From Obrimoposthia wandeli (taxonomy: Eukaryota): a DNA stretch of 64,000 bases. A program made the position numbers and the translations under genes. The DNA lies in the NCBI GenBank assembly GCA_977020255.1, contig CDROCS010000506.1, positions 2,976,001 through 3,040,000 on the forward strand, read 5' to 3'. Shown piece after piece: positions 1-12,199 of the stretch. Each line of letters opens with the position of its first letter. Position 1 is the first letter of the stretch. The notes under the pieces were generated by a model. It was not told the origin of the DNA, made no database searches, and saw nothing but the letters and a program-made list of their open reading frames with translations.

Positions 1-64
1 AACAGCGACGATACGTATGTTGTTTGAATTTTTTGAAAGAAATAATGTCAGACTGTTTCTCTGA

Positions 65-1216
<1,152 letters not shown>

Positions 1217-1334
1217 TAATTAAGCAAACACTAACCTGATAGTCGATCTAAGTTTGGTAAACCTTTCTCATTAGTAGTAATGTAATGTGATTGGTTTATC
1301 ATATCGATATTAAAATTTATAAAGGGAAATAAAA

Positions 1335-1673
1335 ATGAGTTTTTTCATTGCAGATGCAGTTGCCGCTGAAGGTATTCCAACTCCGGCTGGTGGTGGTTAC
1401 GAAATGTTGATCATGTTAGGTATTTTTGGTGTGATCTTTTACTTCATGATCTATCGCCCACAAGCGAAACGTCAAAAAGAACAGAAGAACCTAATGTCAT
1501 CATTGTCAAAAGGTGAAGAAGTGCTTACTGTTGGTGGTGTTGTAGGTAAAATTGCAAAGATCTCTGAAGGTAACGATTACATTGTAATCACAATTGCTGA
1601 TGCAACAAACATCACAATTAAACGTGATTACATTGCTGCTGTATTACCAAAAGGTAGCATGCAGTCGCTTTAA
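1335..1673 (+). CDS. yajC: Preprotein translocase subunit YajC
   Basis: FYFMIYRPQAKRQKE and GEEVLTVGGVVGKI; tgt-yajC-secD-secF order. Confidence 0.95.
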   Translation: MSFFIADAVAAEGIPTPAGGGYEMLIMLGIFGVIFYFMIYRPQAKRQKEQKNLMSSLSKGEEVLTVGGVVGKIAKISEGNDYIVITIADATNITIKRDYIAAVLPKGSMQSL

Positions 1674-1702
1674 TCTTTTCCGTCTCCCAGTAAGGTAATA
1701 TT

Positions 1703-3547
1703 GTGCTAAACAAATATCCTCTGTGGAAGTATCTAATGGTGATCGCTACGATCGCCATTTGTTTACTCTATGCCACACCGAATCTATACGGGGAAGACCC
1801 CGCTGTTCAAGTTTCTGCTGCACGTGGTGCTGCTATTGAAGTAGCCACTCTCGATAAAGTGAAAGCAGAACTCGATAAAAAAGCCATTTCTTATAAAAGT
1901 GTTTCATTAGAACAAAACCAAGTATTAATTCGTTTAACTGACAGCGAACAACAATTACTTGCTAGTGAAGTATTAAAAGAACAACTAGGTCAAACCTTCA
2001 TTGTTGCTTTAAACCTTGCCCCTGCGACGCCAGATTGGCTACAAAGCTTAGGTGCTGGACCATTAAAATTAGGTCTTGATTTACGTGGTGGTGTTCACTT
2101 CTTACTTGAAGTTGATATGCAAGAAGCGTTAGTGAAAGCACAAGATCAAATGTTACAAGACTTCCGTACTGATTTACGTGAAGAAAAACTGCGTTATACA
2201 GCAGTGCGTAAAGACAATAACGGTGTAACAGTGCGTTTCCGCGATGCTGAAACTCGCGATAAAGCTGAAAAATTCCTTAAAACTAAATATCCAGACCTAC
2301 TGTTAAATGACAGTGAAAATAATGGTCAATTTAGTGTATCGGCAAAAATGACGGATGCAAAACTTGCTGAAATCAAAGAATATGCCCTGCAACAAAACAT
2401 CACTATTATCCGTAACCGTGTAAACCAATTAGGTGTTGCTGAGCCGCTAGTACAGCGTCAAGGTGCAGACCGCATTGTGGTTGAATTACCGGGTGTTCAG
2501 GATACTGCTGGTGCCAAAGAAATCTTAGGTGCAACTGCAACGCTAGAATTCCGTTTAGTTGATAATAAAGCGGACCCATATAGCAGTCGTGTACCTGCTG
2601 GTAGTAAAAAATACACTACCCGTGACGGTCGCCCAGTGGTACTGAAGAAACAAGTTATCTTAACGGGTAACCACATCACTGGTGCAACATCGAGCTTAGA
2701 TGAGTTTAGTCGTTCACAGGTAAACATCGATCTTGATTCGCAAGGCGGCAGTAAAATGTCTCGTGCGACGAAGAAAGCAATCGGTACATCAATGGCAACT
2801 GTATTCATTGAATACAAGCCGACTGGTGAGAAAACCGCTGATGGCAAATCTAAACTGCAAAAAATGGAAGAAGTAATTAACGTTGCTACTATTCAAGCGC
2901 AGTTAGGTCGTAGCTTCCGTATTACTGGTTTAGATAGTGCAAGCGAAGCTAAAAATCTGGCGTTATTATTACGTGCAGGTGCGTTAGTTGCGCCAGTACA
3001 AATCGTTGAAGAACGTACTATTGGTCCTAGCCTAGGTAAGCAAAATATCGAAAACGGTTTGGCTGCGATGATTTATGGCATGATTGCTATCGTTATTTTC
3101 ATGGCTATCTACTACCGTAAATTTGGTCTTGTTGCCAATGTTGCCTTGTCTGCAAACATCATCATGATCATTGGTATCATGTCGATGATCCCGGGCGCGA
3201 CAATGACGCTACCTGGTATCGCTGGTATCGTATTGACGATTGGTATGGCTGTCGATGCCAACGTATTGGTATTCGAACGTATCCGTGAAGAGCTTAAAGA
3301 AGGCTGTAGTGTTCAACAAGCTATTCACCGTGGTTACGATAATGCGTTATCTACTATTGCCGATGCGAATATCACGACACTATTAACCGCAATCATCTTG
3401 TTTGCTGTTGGTACGGGCGCGATTAAAGGTTTCGCTATCACGCTAGCAATTGGTATTGCCGCTTCTATGTTTACTTCAATCATTGGTACACGTGCAATCG
3501 TGAACTTCCTTTGGGGTAATAAAAAGATCGATAAGCTTTCAATCTAA
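1703..3547 (+). CDS. secD: Protein translocase subunit SecD (GTG start)
   Basis: [54 protein letters not shown]. Confidence 0.97.
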   Translation: MLNKYPLWKYLMVIATIAICLLYATPNLYGEDPAVQVSAARGAAIEVATLDKVKAELDKKAISYKSVSLEQNQVLIRLTDSEQQLLASEVLKEQLGQTFIVALNLAPATPDWLQSLGAGPLKLGLDLRGGVHFLLEVDMQEALVKAQDQMLQDFRTDLREEKLRYTAVRKDNNGVTVRFRDAETRDKAEKFLKTKYPDLLLNDSENNGQFSVSAKMTDAKLAEIKEYALQQNITIIRNRVNQLGVAEPLVQRQGADRIVVELPGVQDTAGAKEILGATATLEFRLVDNKADPYSSRVPAGSKKYTTRDGRPVVLKKQVILTGNHITGATSSLDEFSRSQVNIDLDSQGGSKMSRATKKAIGTSMATVFIEYKPTGEKTADGKSKLQKMEEVINVATIQAQLGRSFRITGLDSASEAKNLALLLRAGALVAPVQIVEERTIGPSLGKQNIENGLAAMIYGMIAIVIFMAIYYRKFGLVANVALSANIIMIIGIMSMIPGATMTLPGIAGIVLTIGMAVDANVLVFERIREELKEGCSVQQAIHRGYDNALSTIADANITTLLTAIILFAVGTGAIKGFAITLAIGIAASMFTSIIGTRAIVNFLWGNKKIDKLSI

Positions 3548-3558
3548 GGGGATTAATT

Positions 3559-4503
3559 ATGTTTGAAATTATTAAAACAGAACGCACGATCCACTTTATG
3601 AAAATGGCTAAACCAGCGTTTATTTTATCAATGCTGTTAGTGCTTTTATCGATATCTTCAATTGCCATTAAAGGTATTAATTGGGGTCTTGATTTCACCG
3701 GTGGTACGGTGATCGAAGTGGGTTATGACAAACCAGCGGATCTTGAAGTGATTCGTCCGTTGTTAGCAGCTGAAGGCTTTAGTGATGCGGTTATTCAACA
3801 TTTCGGCTCAAGCCGTGATGTATTGATCCGTATCGCACCACGTGAAGGTGTGGACAGTGCTCATCTTGGTAGTCAAATGCTGACTGCATTACAAGGTTAC
3901 GATAAAAGCGTAGAAATGCGTCGTATCGAATTTGTTGGTCCAAACGTTGGTGATGAATTAACTGAGCAGGGCGGTCTAGCGCTGATTGCTGCGTTAATTT
4001 GTATCCTGCTGTATGTTGGCGTACGTTTCGAATGGCGTCTAGCGTCGGGTGCTGTATTGGCTCTAGCGCATGACGTTATTATCACATTAGGTATCTTCTC
4101 GGCATTAGAGATTGAATTCGATTTAACTATTTTAGCGGCGCTGTTGACCGTTATTGGTTATTCATTGAATGATACGATTGTGGTATTTGACCGTATTCGT
4201 GAGAACTTCCGTCGCATGCGTATTGAGGATTCTGTGGAAATCATGGATGTATCATTAACGCAGACATTATCACGTACGTTAATCACGTCAGGTACAACAT
4301 TAATGGTATTAGTATCATTGTTCCTGAAAGGTGGCGCTCTGATCCATGGTTTCGCGTTAGCGTTGCTAATCGGTATCGTGGTTGGTACATATTCATCGAT
4401 TTACGTAGCAAGTGCATTAGCACTGAAGCTTGGCGTAACGCGTGAAACTATGTTACCACCAGTGATTGAAAAAGAAGGCGCAGACCAAGACCCAATGATG
4501 TAA
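3559..4503 (+). CDS. secF: Protein translocase subunit SecF
   Basis: GLDFTGGTVIE, VGPNVGDEL, IGYSLNDTIVVFDRIREN. Confidence 0.97.
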   Translation: MFEIIKTERTIHFMKMAKPAFILSMLLVLLSISSIAIKGINWGLDFTGGTVIEVGYDKPADLEVIRPLLAAEGFSDAVIQHFGSSRDVLIRIAPREGVDSAHLGSQMLTALQGYDKSVEMRRIEFVGPNVGDELTEQGGLALIAALICILLYVGVRFEWRLASGAVLALAHDVIITLGIFSALEIEFDLTILAALLTVIGYSLNDTIVVFDRIRENFRRMRIEDSVEIMDVSLTQTLSRTLITSGTTLMVLVSLFLKGGALIHGFALALLIGIVVGTYSSIYVASALALKLGVTRETMLPPVIEKEGADQDPMM

Positions 4504-4547
4504 GTATTAGGGCAACCTAGTTAACGCATTGGTCTTCGGACTGTCAT

Positions 4548-4576
4548 AAAACCCGCCTCGTGCGGGTTTTTGTTTT
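4548..4576 (+). terminator. Rho-independent terminator of secDF
   Basis: AAAACCCGC-CTCGT-GCGGGTTTT followed by T-rich tail. Confidence 0.85.
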
Positions 4577-4677
4577 TTATATTTTTAGTGATTGAATTAT
4601 CAAACATAAAGTGAAATTATGGTTGAGTAAAGTAGTCGCTTAGTAACACTCGCTATTAAACTGAAAAGGATAACAAC

Positions 4678-5046
4678 ATGGCTCATAGTCAACGATTTCT
4701 AGATTTATGTAACGAAGCCCGTAAAGTAGTTAAAGAATGTAGCTGTGATGATGTAAAGCAGTGGCAAGACGAAGGTAAGCAGTTTGCGCTTGTTGATGTA
4801 CGCGAAGAAAGCGAGTGGGCTGCAAGTCGTATTAGCGGCGCTGAATACATGGGGCGTGGCGTTATTGAACGTGACTTAGAAGCGAAATATCCTGAGCTAG
4901 ATACGTGTATCGTACTGTATTGCGGTGGCGGTTATCGCTCGGCATTATCAGCAGAGTTCATCCAACGTATGGGTTACACAGATGTTATCTCAATGGATGG
5001 CGGGATCCGTGAGTGGAAAATGAAGAGTTATCCAATCAGTAAATAA
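4678..5046 (+). CDS. Single-domain rhodanese-like sulfurtransferase
   Basis: LVDVREESEW and active-site loop LYCGGGYRSALSA. Confidence 0.88.
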   Translation: MAHSQRFLDLCNEARKVVKECSCDDVKQWQDEGKQFALVDVREESEWAASRISGAEYMGRGVIERDLEAKYPELDTCIVLYCGGGYRSALSAEFIQRMGYTDVISMDGGIREWKMKSYPISK

Positions 5047-5109
5047 ATTTACTCCTGATTCTTAGATGAATGTTGTTATGTACATAGCAACACTCATCTT
5101 GTTATCACG

Positions 5110-6330
5110 TTATTGCCAGATAACTTGGTTACGGCCCTTTGTTTTTGCTTCATATAAACGGGCATCGGATTCGGAGATCATTTCATCAATTGACTTGTCA
5201 CCAAAACTCGCCCCAATACTAATCGTGATCTTGATATTGATACCATTATGCGCCATGGTTAATTGTTCTATTTTAAGACGTACTAATTCCAGTTGGGCTA
5301 CAAACATAGTGCGGCATATATTACTTTGAATACAGAACTCTTCGCCTCCGAAGCGTGCTACTGTTGCATCTGAAAAATGATGTTGCAATTGCTTCGCTAT
5401 CGTCACTAATACTGCATCGCCACCATCATGTCCGTGGGTATCATTTACTTTTTTGAAAAAATCTATGTCCAGCATAGCAATATTTTTATGTTCTGCGGTT
5501 GTGCTGCTACCATGTTGATTAAAGAAATAACGGCGGTTCCATAAACCGGTTAGCGCATCCTGATTAGCCATCTTGTAAAGCTTGTCTGCAGTATCTTTCA
5601 TATTGAGGATATGATGAATACGGCAATAAAACTCTTCTTGATTAAAAGGTTTATAGAGAAAGTCATTGGCACCGGCTTTTAGAAAACGAGCTGTCATCGA
5701 TCGATCACTACTACCAGATAGGCCTAGAATAGCTAGTTGATTTCGATCGAATTTACGACGGATCTCGCGGGTCATGGTAATACCGTCTTTTTCGGGCATA
5801 TCATGATCTGTGATGATCAAACTGATATCTGTGTGTTGTTGTAATAACTCGATTGCCTGAGCACCATTTTCAGCAGCAATGACTCGCAGGTTTTGTCGTT
5901 CTAATAAATTAATCAGATGGGTTCGCACGGTTTTCGAGTCTTCAACGACTAGCGCTTTATGGCGACTGTTTTCTTGCAGGCGCCGTAATAATGGAATGAG
6001 GTAAGATACCGATGATGCACTGTCTTTTAACAAATAGTCGATGACACCTTTGGATAGCACTTTTTCGCGGATATGTTCACTGAAATTAGCCGTTAAAATG
6101 ATAGCCTGTAAGCCATAGCTTAATACATGCTCAATGATTTCACCGTCATGACCATCAGGTAAGCAGTAATCGAGCACGGAGCAAAGAAAACCACTTTCTC
6201 GCGCTAAGATCTCATGGGCTTGTGCTATTGATTCAGCAAATACGGCTTGAAAACCAGCTTGGCTTAGCTGAATATCAAGGTATTTACGAAAAGCTCGGCT
6301 GTCTTCAACAACAAGTATTTTGCAGAGCAA
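5110..6330 (-). CDS. REC-REC-GGDEF response-regulator diguanylate cyclase (TTG start)
   Basis: Two receiver domains (ILVVEDS..VLDYCLPD; LVVEDS..ITDHDMP..KP); DALTGLWNRR and RFGGEEF. Confidence 0.9.
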   Translation of the reverse strand: MLCKILVVEDSRAFRKYLDIQLSQAGFQAVFAESIAQAHEILARESGFLCSVLDYCLPDGHDGEIIEHVLSYGLQAIILTANFSEHIREKVLSKGVIDYLLKDSASSVSYLIPLLRRLQENSRHKALVVEDSKTVRTHLINLLERQNLRVIAAENGAQAIELLQQHTDISLIITDHDMPEKDGITMTREIRRKFDRNQLAILGLSGSSDRSMTARFLKAGANDFLYKPFNQEEFYCRIHHILNMKDTADKLYKMANQDALTGLWNRRYFFNQHGSSTTAEHKNIAMLDIDFFKKVNDTHGHDGGDAVLVTIAKQLQHHFSDATVARFGGEEFCIQSNICRTMFVAQLELVRLKIEQLTMAHNGINIKITISIGASFGDKSIDEMISESDARLYEAKTKGRNQVIWQ

Positions 6331-6627
6331 TTGGATATCCTTATTCTTATTAACTTCGTAACCATCATGGAATATTTTTAATCTATTGAAATTAATAGCT
6401 TATTAATATGAAGTGTTAATTGTTATGACTGATTAAGTCAGTTAAATATCATAGCACCATAATATTCTTTATGTTTTACCACTAAATGTATAAAAATGAG
6501 ATTAATTTAGCTCACAGTCATTTTCGATTCACATGTCGGAACTAAATAACCTTGGTCATATTTATTTGCTGTTCGCACACTGTTATAGCGAAATACGCTG
6601 ATCCTATTATATTATCGTGCGCTTGCA

Positions 6628-6744
6628 ACGACCATTATTGGCGTTATGGCGGTGTTTTTATTGGGTGAAACCTTCACCATTTACCATTTTTTAGGTATGT
6701 CGATGGTAATTGTTGCTATTGTCTGGTTAAGTGTTAGAAAATAG
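6628..6744 (+). pseudogene. C-terminal remnant of an EamA/DMT transporter
   Basis: Manual translation TTIIGVMAVFLLGETFTIYHFLGMSMVIVAIVWLSVRK*; in-frame TAG upstream at 6586-6588; no N-terminal part found. Confidence 0.6.
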
Positions 6745-6814
6745 CGCCTTAATCTCTATGAGAGTTGGGCACTTACGCCGTTATTGTCTATATAGAGTAT
6801 CTGCTGAGGATCGT

Positions 6815-7486
6815 ATGGTTAAGGTTAAAGTTTGGGACGGATTTATTCGTGGCTATCACTGGTTACAGGTGAGCTTGTTATTTGGACTGTGGTATTGCGC
6901 TGATAACGATGAAATGGAGTGGCACTTTGTGTTTGGCTATGCCTTACTTGCGCTGTGGATCACCCGTTTTATTTGGGGCTTGATTGGCAGTGATACCGCT
7001 AAATTTAGTTACTTTATAAAAAGTCCCAAAGCGCTAATCGATTACCTTAAAGACAAAAACAAATTTGACCGTGTTAAATTTGGTCATAACCCTGCAGGTG
7101 CCTGCATGGTGGTGTTGTTTCTAGCTTTACTAGCGACGCAATTATTCAGTGGCCTCAGTGCTAGCGATGATATCTTGTCAGAAGGGCCGCTGGCTCAATA
7201 TTTTTCTGCGGATACAGTGAGCTTTATGACATGGCTACACAGCGTTAACTTTGATGTATTACTCGGGGCTGTTGCTTTACATATTATTGCGATTGTAGCT
7301 TATAAACTGAAAAAACAGCCGTTAGTAAAAGCGATGTTTACTGGTGCGGCAGAATACCCACGAGTGAATTCTATTGTAGAACCAAAAATACTTAATGGTT
7401 GGTTAGCTTGGGTTATCTATGTTGCTATTGCTGGTGTTATTTGGTGGCAGTTTGGGCATGAAAACTTAGGCTATTTACTGTATTGA
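6815..7486 (+). CDS. Cytochrome b/b6-domain membrane protein
   Basis: VKVWD..IRGYHW, EWHFVFGY, GHNPAG, LHIIAI heme His motifs; GAGGA RBS at 6806-6810 supports ATG 6815 over the track start 6731. Confidence 0.85.
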   Translation: MVKVKVWDGFIRGYHWLQVSLLFGLWYCADNDEMEWHFVFGYALLALWITRFIWGLIGSDTAKFSYFIKSPKALIDYLKDKNKFDRVKFGHNPAGACMVVLFLALLATQLFSGLSASDDILSEGPLAQYFSADTVSFMTWLHSVNFDVLLGAVALHIIAIVAYKLKKQPLVKAMFTGAAEYPRVNSIVEPKILNGWLAWVIYVAIAGVIWWQFGHENLGYLLY

Positions 7487-7730
7487 TTTCTTTATTGCCT
7501 CGCGCACAATGCTGGCTGTAAACATAAAGCATAAATTGTATCTTTGCAGACATTAAGGCTAAAAAGCTAGCTTTAATGTCTGAAATTTTTAACCGTGTAA
7601 CACTATTAGATTTCCGAAACGTTATATTTCCCATCTCATCTATACTCTTTTAATATGTACTTACAAGATGTAAGTTGTTGATACTTACTTGGTCTAAGTC
7701 TAAGTAGTATTTTTTCATGGAGTGAGAAGA

Positions 7731-8783
7731 ATGATGGATGAAATTAAATTTTATGAACCGAATGATGCATTTGGTTTCTTGTCAAATTTAGCCTCAGCAC
7801 CGATTATGATTGAAGGGCTTGAATGGCCAAGCAGTGAACATTATTATCAAGCGCAAAAATTTGATGACCCGCAATTACAACGTTTGATTCGTCAAGCACC
7901 AACCCCCGACGAAGCTTTCCGATTAAGTCGTGAATACGCGCAATCGGTCAAACCTGATTGGTTGCAACTGCGTGAGGCAGTGATGCGTTATGCAGTGGCT
8001 GAAAAATTTAGCCAAAATCCTTATTACGCCTATCAGCTTGTCGGTACTGGAGAGCAGGTGTTAACAGAGCATTCGCATAAAGACAGCTTTTGGGGTGATG
8101 GGGGGGATGGCAGTGGTCGTAATGAACTTGGCAAAATATTGATGGCAGTACGCAGTGATTTAAGCGAGCAGGAACCTTATAACCTGATCACTTATGTTGA
8201 TAGCGCTAAACTACCAACCAAATTTGGACTGTTCCAGATGAACGGATTTATAGAACGAGCGACAGGTAAAGAACACCTTGCTTTAGTGTATGGAAAGTTA
8301 GATCCGAGTGAACCTGTTCTAATCCGTTTACATTCTGAATGCTTAACCGGCGATGCGTTATTTAGCGCGCGTTGTGATTGTGGTTTTCAGTTAGCCAAAG
8401 CAATGCAAAATATTGTCGAAAAAGGCAGTGGTGTGATCCTTTATTTACGTCAAGAGGGGCGTGGTATCGGCTTATTAAATAAGATAAGAGCTTATCACCT
8501 ACAAGATGATGGCGCTGATACGGTTGAAGCTAATGAGCGCTTAGGGTTTGCGGCAGACATGCGAGATTATACTTTCTGTAAAGGCATGCTTGGGCACTTG
8601 AATATTGATAGCGTAAATTTAATGACCAATAACCCTCGTAAGGTAAATGCGTTAATTACAGCTGGGATTAATATTGCAGAGCGAGTGCCATTACAAGAAG
8701 GTAATAACCCTCATAATGCAGGTTACCTCAAAACTAAAGCGAATAAGCTAGGGCATATGTTTGCGGCTGACTTTATTAATTAG
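7731..8783 (+). CDS. ribA: NADAR (YbiA/COG3236 N-glycosidase) fused to GTP cyclohydrolase II
   Basis: N-half [35 protein letters not shown]; C-half [31 protein letters not shown]; GGAG RBS at 7719-7722. Confidence 0.92.
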   Translation: MMDEIKFYEPNDAFGFLSNLASAPIMIEGLEWPSSEHYYQAQKFDDPQLQRLIRQAPTPDEAFRLSREYAQSVKPDWLQLREAVMRYAVAEKFSQNPYYAYQLVGTGEQVLTEHSHKDSFWGDGGDGSGRNELGKILMAVRSDLSEQEPYNLITYVDSAKLPTKFGLFQMNGFIERATGKEHLALVYGKLDPSEPVLIRLHSECLTGDALFSARCDCGFQLAKAMQNIVEKGSGVILYLRQEGRGIGLLNKIRAYHLQDDGADTVEANERLGFAADMRDYTFCKGMLGHLNIDSVNLMTNNPRKVNALITAGINIAERVPLQEGNNPHNAGYLKTKANKLGHMFAADFIN

Positions 8784-8835
8784 TTAATGAGTTAAAATAG
8801 AGCAGAGCAATTATAAAGACCATTCATATAGTGGG

Positions 8836-8873
8836 AAAACACCAGCCAGTTAATTTAACTGGCTGGTGTTTTT
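8836..8873. terminator. Bidirectional terminator between ribA and the binding-protein gene
   Basis: 18-bp perfect inverted repeat AAAACACCAGCCAGTTAA-T-TTAACTGGCTGGTGTTTT. Confidence 0.85.
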
Positions 8874-8890
8874 GTATCGGGGTTATGGGA

Positions 8891-9646
8891 TCAGATATAT
8901 TTATTAATAATATCTTTTAACGTACCAGCAGCCGCTAAATCTGAAAGCTGTTGATTAATAAACAGCTGTAGTTCGCTATCCATTTTAGGATCAAGAGCCA
9001 GATAAATTGGATAAGTTGGGATCAAGGCTGAAAAATCCTCTAAGTGATATTTATTGAGATCTTTAGATTGAATTTTAAGGTTGTATTTAATCCGTGATGT
9101 CATTTCGATGAAAATAGCATCTTGAGGCATTTTATCTAAAATTCTGAAGGCTGCTGCGTAATCTTTTACTCTTAGCTCTTTAATCTCGCCATTATCAATA
9201 TAAGGCTGTAGCGTTGGATAATCAAAACCATAAAGTAAAACAAATACTTTGTCTTTTATGTCACTAATATCGGTATATGAAAAATCTGATTTGGCATTGC
9301 TTAAGATACTGTGACTAACGGTGTAAATCGGTTTATCAGATAAATTTTCAGCTTGTACACTGCCCCAATTTGGACTGCCATAAGTGATCCAATTTTTTTC
9401 CCCTCCAGCCTCCAATTCTGAAATCATCCGATTAAATGGATAGACATGATAATTAATGGTGTATTTATCAACAAATATATTGGCAATAATGTCTGACACA
9501 ATACCCGTGTGTTGATTATCTTCTGTCGTTATTTGAAATGGCATGGCTTGTTTAGCGATGACATAATAGTTGATTGACTCTGAACTTGCTGTAAAGCTAG
9601 TCGCGAAAAGTTGTATAGTTAACATAATTGCAATAAAGTTTTTCAT
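8891..9646 (-). CDS. Periplasmic substrate-binding protein (family 3-like)
   Basis: Signal peptide, PFQI..HTGIVSDII, PFNRMI..L and GFDYP pattern; 251 aa. Confidence 0.7.
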   Translation of the reverse strand: MKNFIAIMLTIQLFATSFTASSESINYYVIAKQAMPFQITTEDNQHTGIVSDIIANIFVDKYTINYHVYPFNRMISELEAGGEKNWITYGSPNWGSVQAENLSDKPIYTVSHSILSNAKSDFSYTDISDIKDKVFVLLYGFDYPTLQPYIDNGEIKELRVKDYAAAFRILDKMPQDAIFIEMTSRIKYNLKIQSKDLNKYHLEDFSALIPTYPIYLALDPKMDSELQLFINQQLSDLAAAGTLKDIINKYI

Positions 9647-9725
9647 TTTACTTCCTTATAACCTTAATTCCATTTGTAATGTCTATTATTAGATTAGTCG
9701 ATTAGCAACAGGATGTGAGCTTCGG

Positions 9726-12035
9726 ATGAATAAAGCTACTTTGCACAAGAAAAAAATAGGTATTGCGAGGCAATTGCTTGTATCGATCATATTAATAAGC
9801 TCTTTTTTTACATTACTGATCACAGGGCTAAATGTCCACCTTGATTATAAAGAAGATATATCAGGTGTCGAAACTCAACTCGAACAAGTAAAGCAAAGTT
9901 ATTTATCTAGCTTAACCGCGAGTTTATGGGTTGAAGATCGTGAACAGCTTAAGTTGCAGGCTGAAGGCATTATGCAACTTCCCAATGTACATTACCTCGA
10001 AATTAAAGATGATAACGGTATTGTTCTACAGCTAGGCACGCCACTTTACGAATATGAGTATCAAGTTTCTTGGCCTATGCAGCAAAATTTTGCTGATAAA
10101 AAGTTCGATCTTGCGACCTTTAAAATTCAAGCGGACTTATACCCTATCTATAAAGGCCTGTGGGATAAATTTGTTGTACTGTTATTATCCCAAGTCGTCA
10201 AAACCTTCATTGTCGCGTTATTTATCATTTTTGTCGTATACAAGATTGTCGTTCGACCATTAACAGAAATGTCTGATGCCGTAGGCCATGTTGATAGCGA
10301 TAAACTGCCGTTACCGATTGAGTTGATGCCGCGTAAGTTTGATGATGAAATTACGCATTTAGCCGAGAATTATAATGCGTCTATTACCGAAATTCGTCAC
10401 AATTATCTTGAACTTGAAATTTCAAAACACCAGGCTGAAGACGCTAATTTAAAGAAAAGTGAGTTTCTGGCTAATATGAGTCATGAAATTCGCACACCTA
10501 TGAATGGGGTAATCGGTACAGCCTCTTTACTGCAAGAAATGCCAATGGGACGAGAGCAGAAAGAGTTTGTTGATATGCTGTACTCTTCATCAATGACCTT
10601 ACTTGATTTGATTAATGATATTCTTGATTTCTCGAAAATTGAATCGGGACAATTAATTCTGGCTAAAAATCCACTTAACTTATTTGAGTTATGTAAAGAA
10701 ATTGAAGGTAATTTTTCTATTATGGCGGGGCAGAAGCAGATCGCGCTCGTCTGTCATATTGATGAAAATATACCGGATATGGTACTCGGCGATATCACCC
10801 AATTACGCCAAGTGTTGAATAACCTGATTTCGAATGCAATCAAATTCACCTCAATTGGCCATGTTCATCTCAACATTAAACTGATCAAAAAGGGTAATAA
10901 CAACGCTGAGGTTATATTCCAAGTTATCGATAGCGGCATTGGTATTGCTGCCGAGAACCAACAAAAAATATTTGAAAAATTTCAGCAAGCAGATGGCAGT
11001 ACAACACGTAATTATGGTGGTACTGGCTTAGGTTTAGCTATTTGCCGTAGTATTGTAAAATTAATGGATAGTGAAATTCTGATTTACAGCAAGCCCGGTA
11101 AAGGTAGCCGTTTTGAATTTGCTGTTGAATTCGAATCTATTGACGAACTGATGCTGGGTTCCGCTTCAGAGCAAAGTCTGGCTGGATTATCTATATTGTT
11201 AGTCGATGACAGCATGTTAAATATGCGTATTACCGCTGCGCAATTGAAGAATTTCGGCGCTCGAGCTGTATGTTGTGATGATCCTTGTTTAAGCAAAAAA
11301 ATGGTCCTGAATGCATTAGACAGAGAGACGCCTTTTGATTTAGTTATTCTAGATAAAATCATGCCCAATATGGATGGTTTTACGGTAGCAAAACAGCTAC
11401 AGGACGAGTTTGCTGAACTCACGCCTCGATTAATGTTGATGTCTGCAGATGCACAGACTGGTGATGATGTACTAGCAAAAGAGCTTGGTATTAAAACGTT
11501 TTTGAGTCGGCCTTACAAAGCTGAAACGTTAAAAGCGGTAGTACTTAGCACTATGCTGGAGCATACACCTGAAAGTGTTGATGGCACGCCTGGTGTGGAA
11601 GATGAAGCCGCCGATGTAATGAAAGTTTTACTCGTTGAGGATACTTTTATTAATCAGAAGGTGACGACTATGATGCTGCAAAAAATGGGGATTGAGGTCA
11701 CGTTAGCTGAGAATGGTCAAATTGGCGTTGATTTATGTAAGGATCAGACATTTAATTTAATTTTAATGGATTGCCAAATGCCTGTGCTTGATGGCTTTGA
11801 GGCCACAAGGATAATTCGCGAAAATGAAACCGCAGGTCAACATACTCCAATCATCGCGCTAACGGCTAATGTACTGCAAACCGAAAAAGATAAGTGTTTT
11901 GTGGCAGGTATGGATGACTTTATGGGCAAGCCCGTGAGTAAACAGCTATTAACGCTGATGTTACAGAAACATTTGTCACCTTGGTTAGCTGATAGCCCCT
12001 ATACGCATACTGTTGAATCTATTAATTCGGCATAA
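9726..12035 (+). CDS. Hybrid sensor histidine kinase (periplasmic sensor-HAMP-HisKA-HATPase-REC-REC)
   Basis: Two TM segments; [16 protein letters not shown]-box; NAIKFT, DSGIG and GGTGLGL boxes; two receiver domains; no HPt. Confidence 0.92.
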   Translation: MNKATLHKKKIGIARQLLVSIILISSFFTLLITGLNVHLDYKEDISGVETQLEQVKQSYLSSLTASLWVEDREQLKLQAEGIMQLPNVHYLEIKDDNGIVLQLGTPLYEYEYQVSWPMQQNFADKKFDLATFKIQADLYPIYKGLWDKFVVLLLSQVVKTFIVALFIIFVVYKIVVRPLTEMSDAVGHVDSDKLPLPIELMPRKFDDEITHLAENYNASITEIRHNYLELEISKHQAEDANLKKSEFLANMSHEIRTPMNGVIGTASLLQEMPMGREQKEFVDMLYSSSMTLLDLINDILDFSKIESGQLILAKNPLNLFELCKEIEGNFSIMAGQKQIALVCHIDENIPDMVLGDITQLRQVLNNLISNAIKFTSIGHVHLNIKLIKKGNNNAEVIFQVIDSGIGIAAENQQKIFEKFQQADGSTTRNYGGTGLGLAICRSIVKLMDSEILIYSKPGKGSRFEFAVEFESIDELMLGSASEQSLAGLSILLVDDSMLNMRITAAQLKNFGARAVCCDDPCLSKKMVLNALDRETPFDLVILDKIMPNMDGFTVAKQLQDEFAELTPRLMLMSADAQTGDDVLAKELGIKTFLSRPYKAETLKAVVLSTMLEHTPESVDGTPGVEDEAADVMKVLLVEDTFINQKVTTMMLQKMGIEVTLAENGQIGVDLCKDQTFNLILMDCQMPVLDGFEATRIIRENETAGQHTPIIALTANVLQTEKDKCFVAGMDDFMGKPVSKQLLTLMLQKHLSPWLADSPYTHTVESINSA

Positions 12036-12085
12036 GAGAGCAAGGTTTACTGCAAAGACGTATTCGTTAGACTGATGAATGAAAA

Positions 12086-12121
12086 CAAAAAAGGCGAACA
12101 ATGTATATTGTTCGCCTTTTA
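12086..12121. terminator. Bidirectional terminator
   Basis: AAAAGGCGAACAAT-GTAT-ATTGTTCGCCTTTT between convergent genes. Confidence 0.8.
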
Positions 12122-12150
12122 TTTATGTGCGTTTTTATAAACTATATTTA

Positions 12151-12198
12151 TGTACTACATCGGTGTACTACGTAGGTCTACTACATAGGTGTACTATG
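12151..12198. repeat. 13-bp tandem repeat, about 3.7 copies
   Basis: TGTACTACATCGG / TGTACTACGTAGG / TCTACTACATAGG / TGTACTATG. Confidence 0.8.
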
Positions 12199-12199
12199 T

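Noticed and set aside
5066-5329. 87-aa plus-strand ORF after the rhodanese gene
   Set aside because: Lies mostly antisense to the GGDEF domain; no RBS or family signal.
7487-7730. FMN riboswitch upstream of the ribA fusion
   Set aside because: AT-rich region with no recognisable RFN conserved segments.
12151-12198. Possible CRISPR array
   Set aside because: 13-bp units with no unique spacers and no cas genes; kept only as a tandem repeat.
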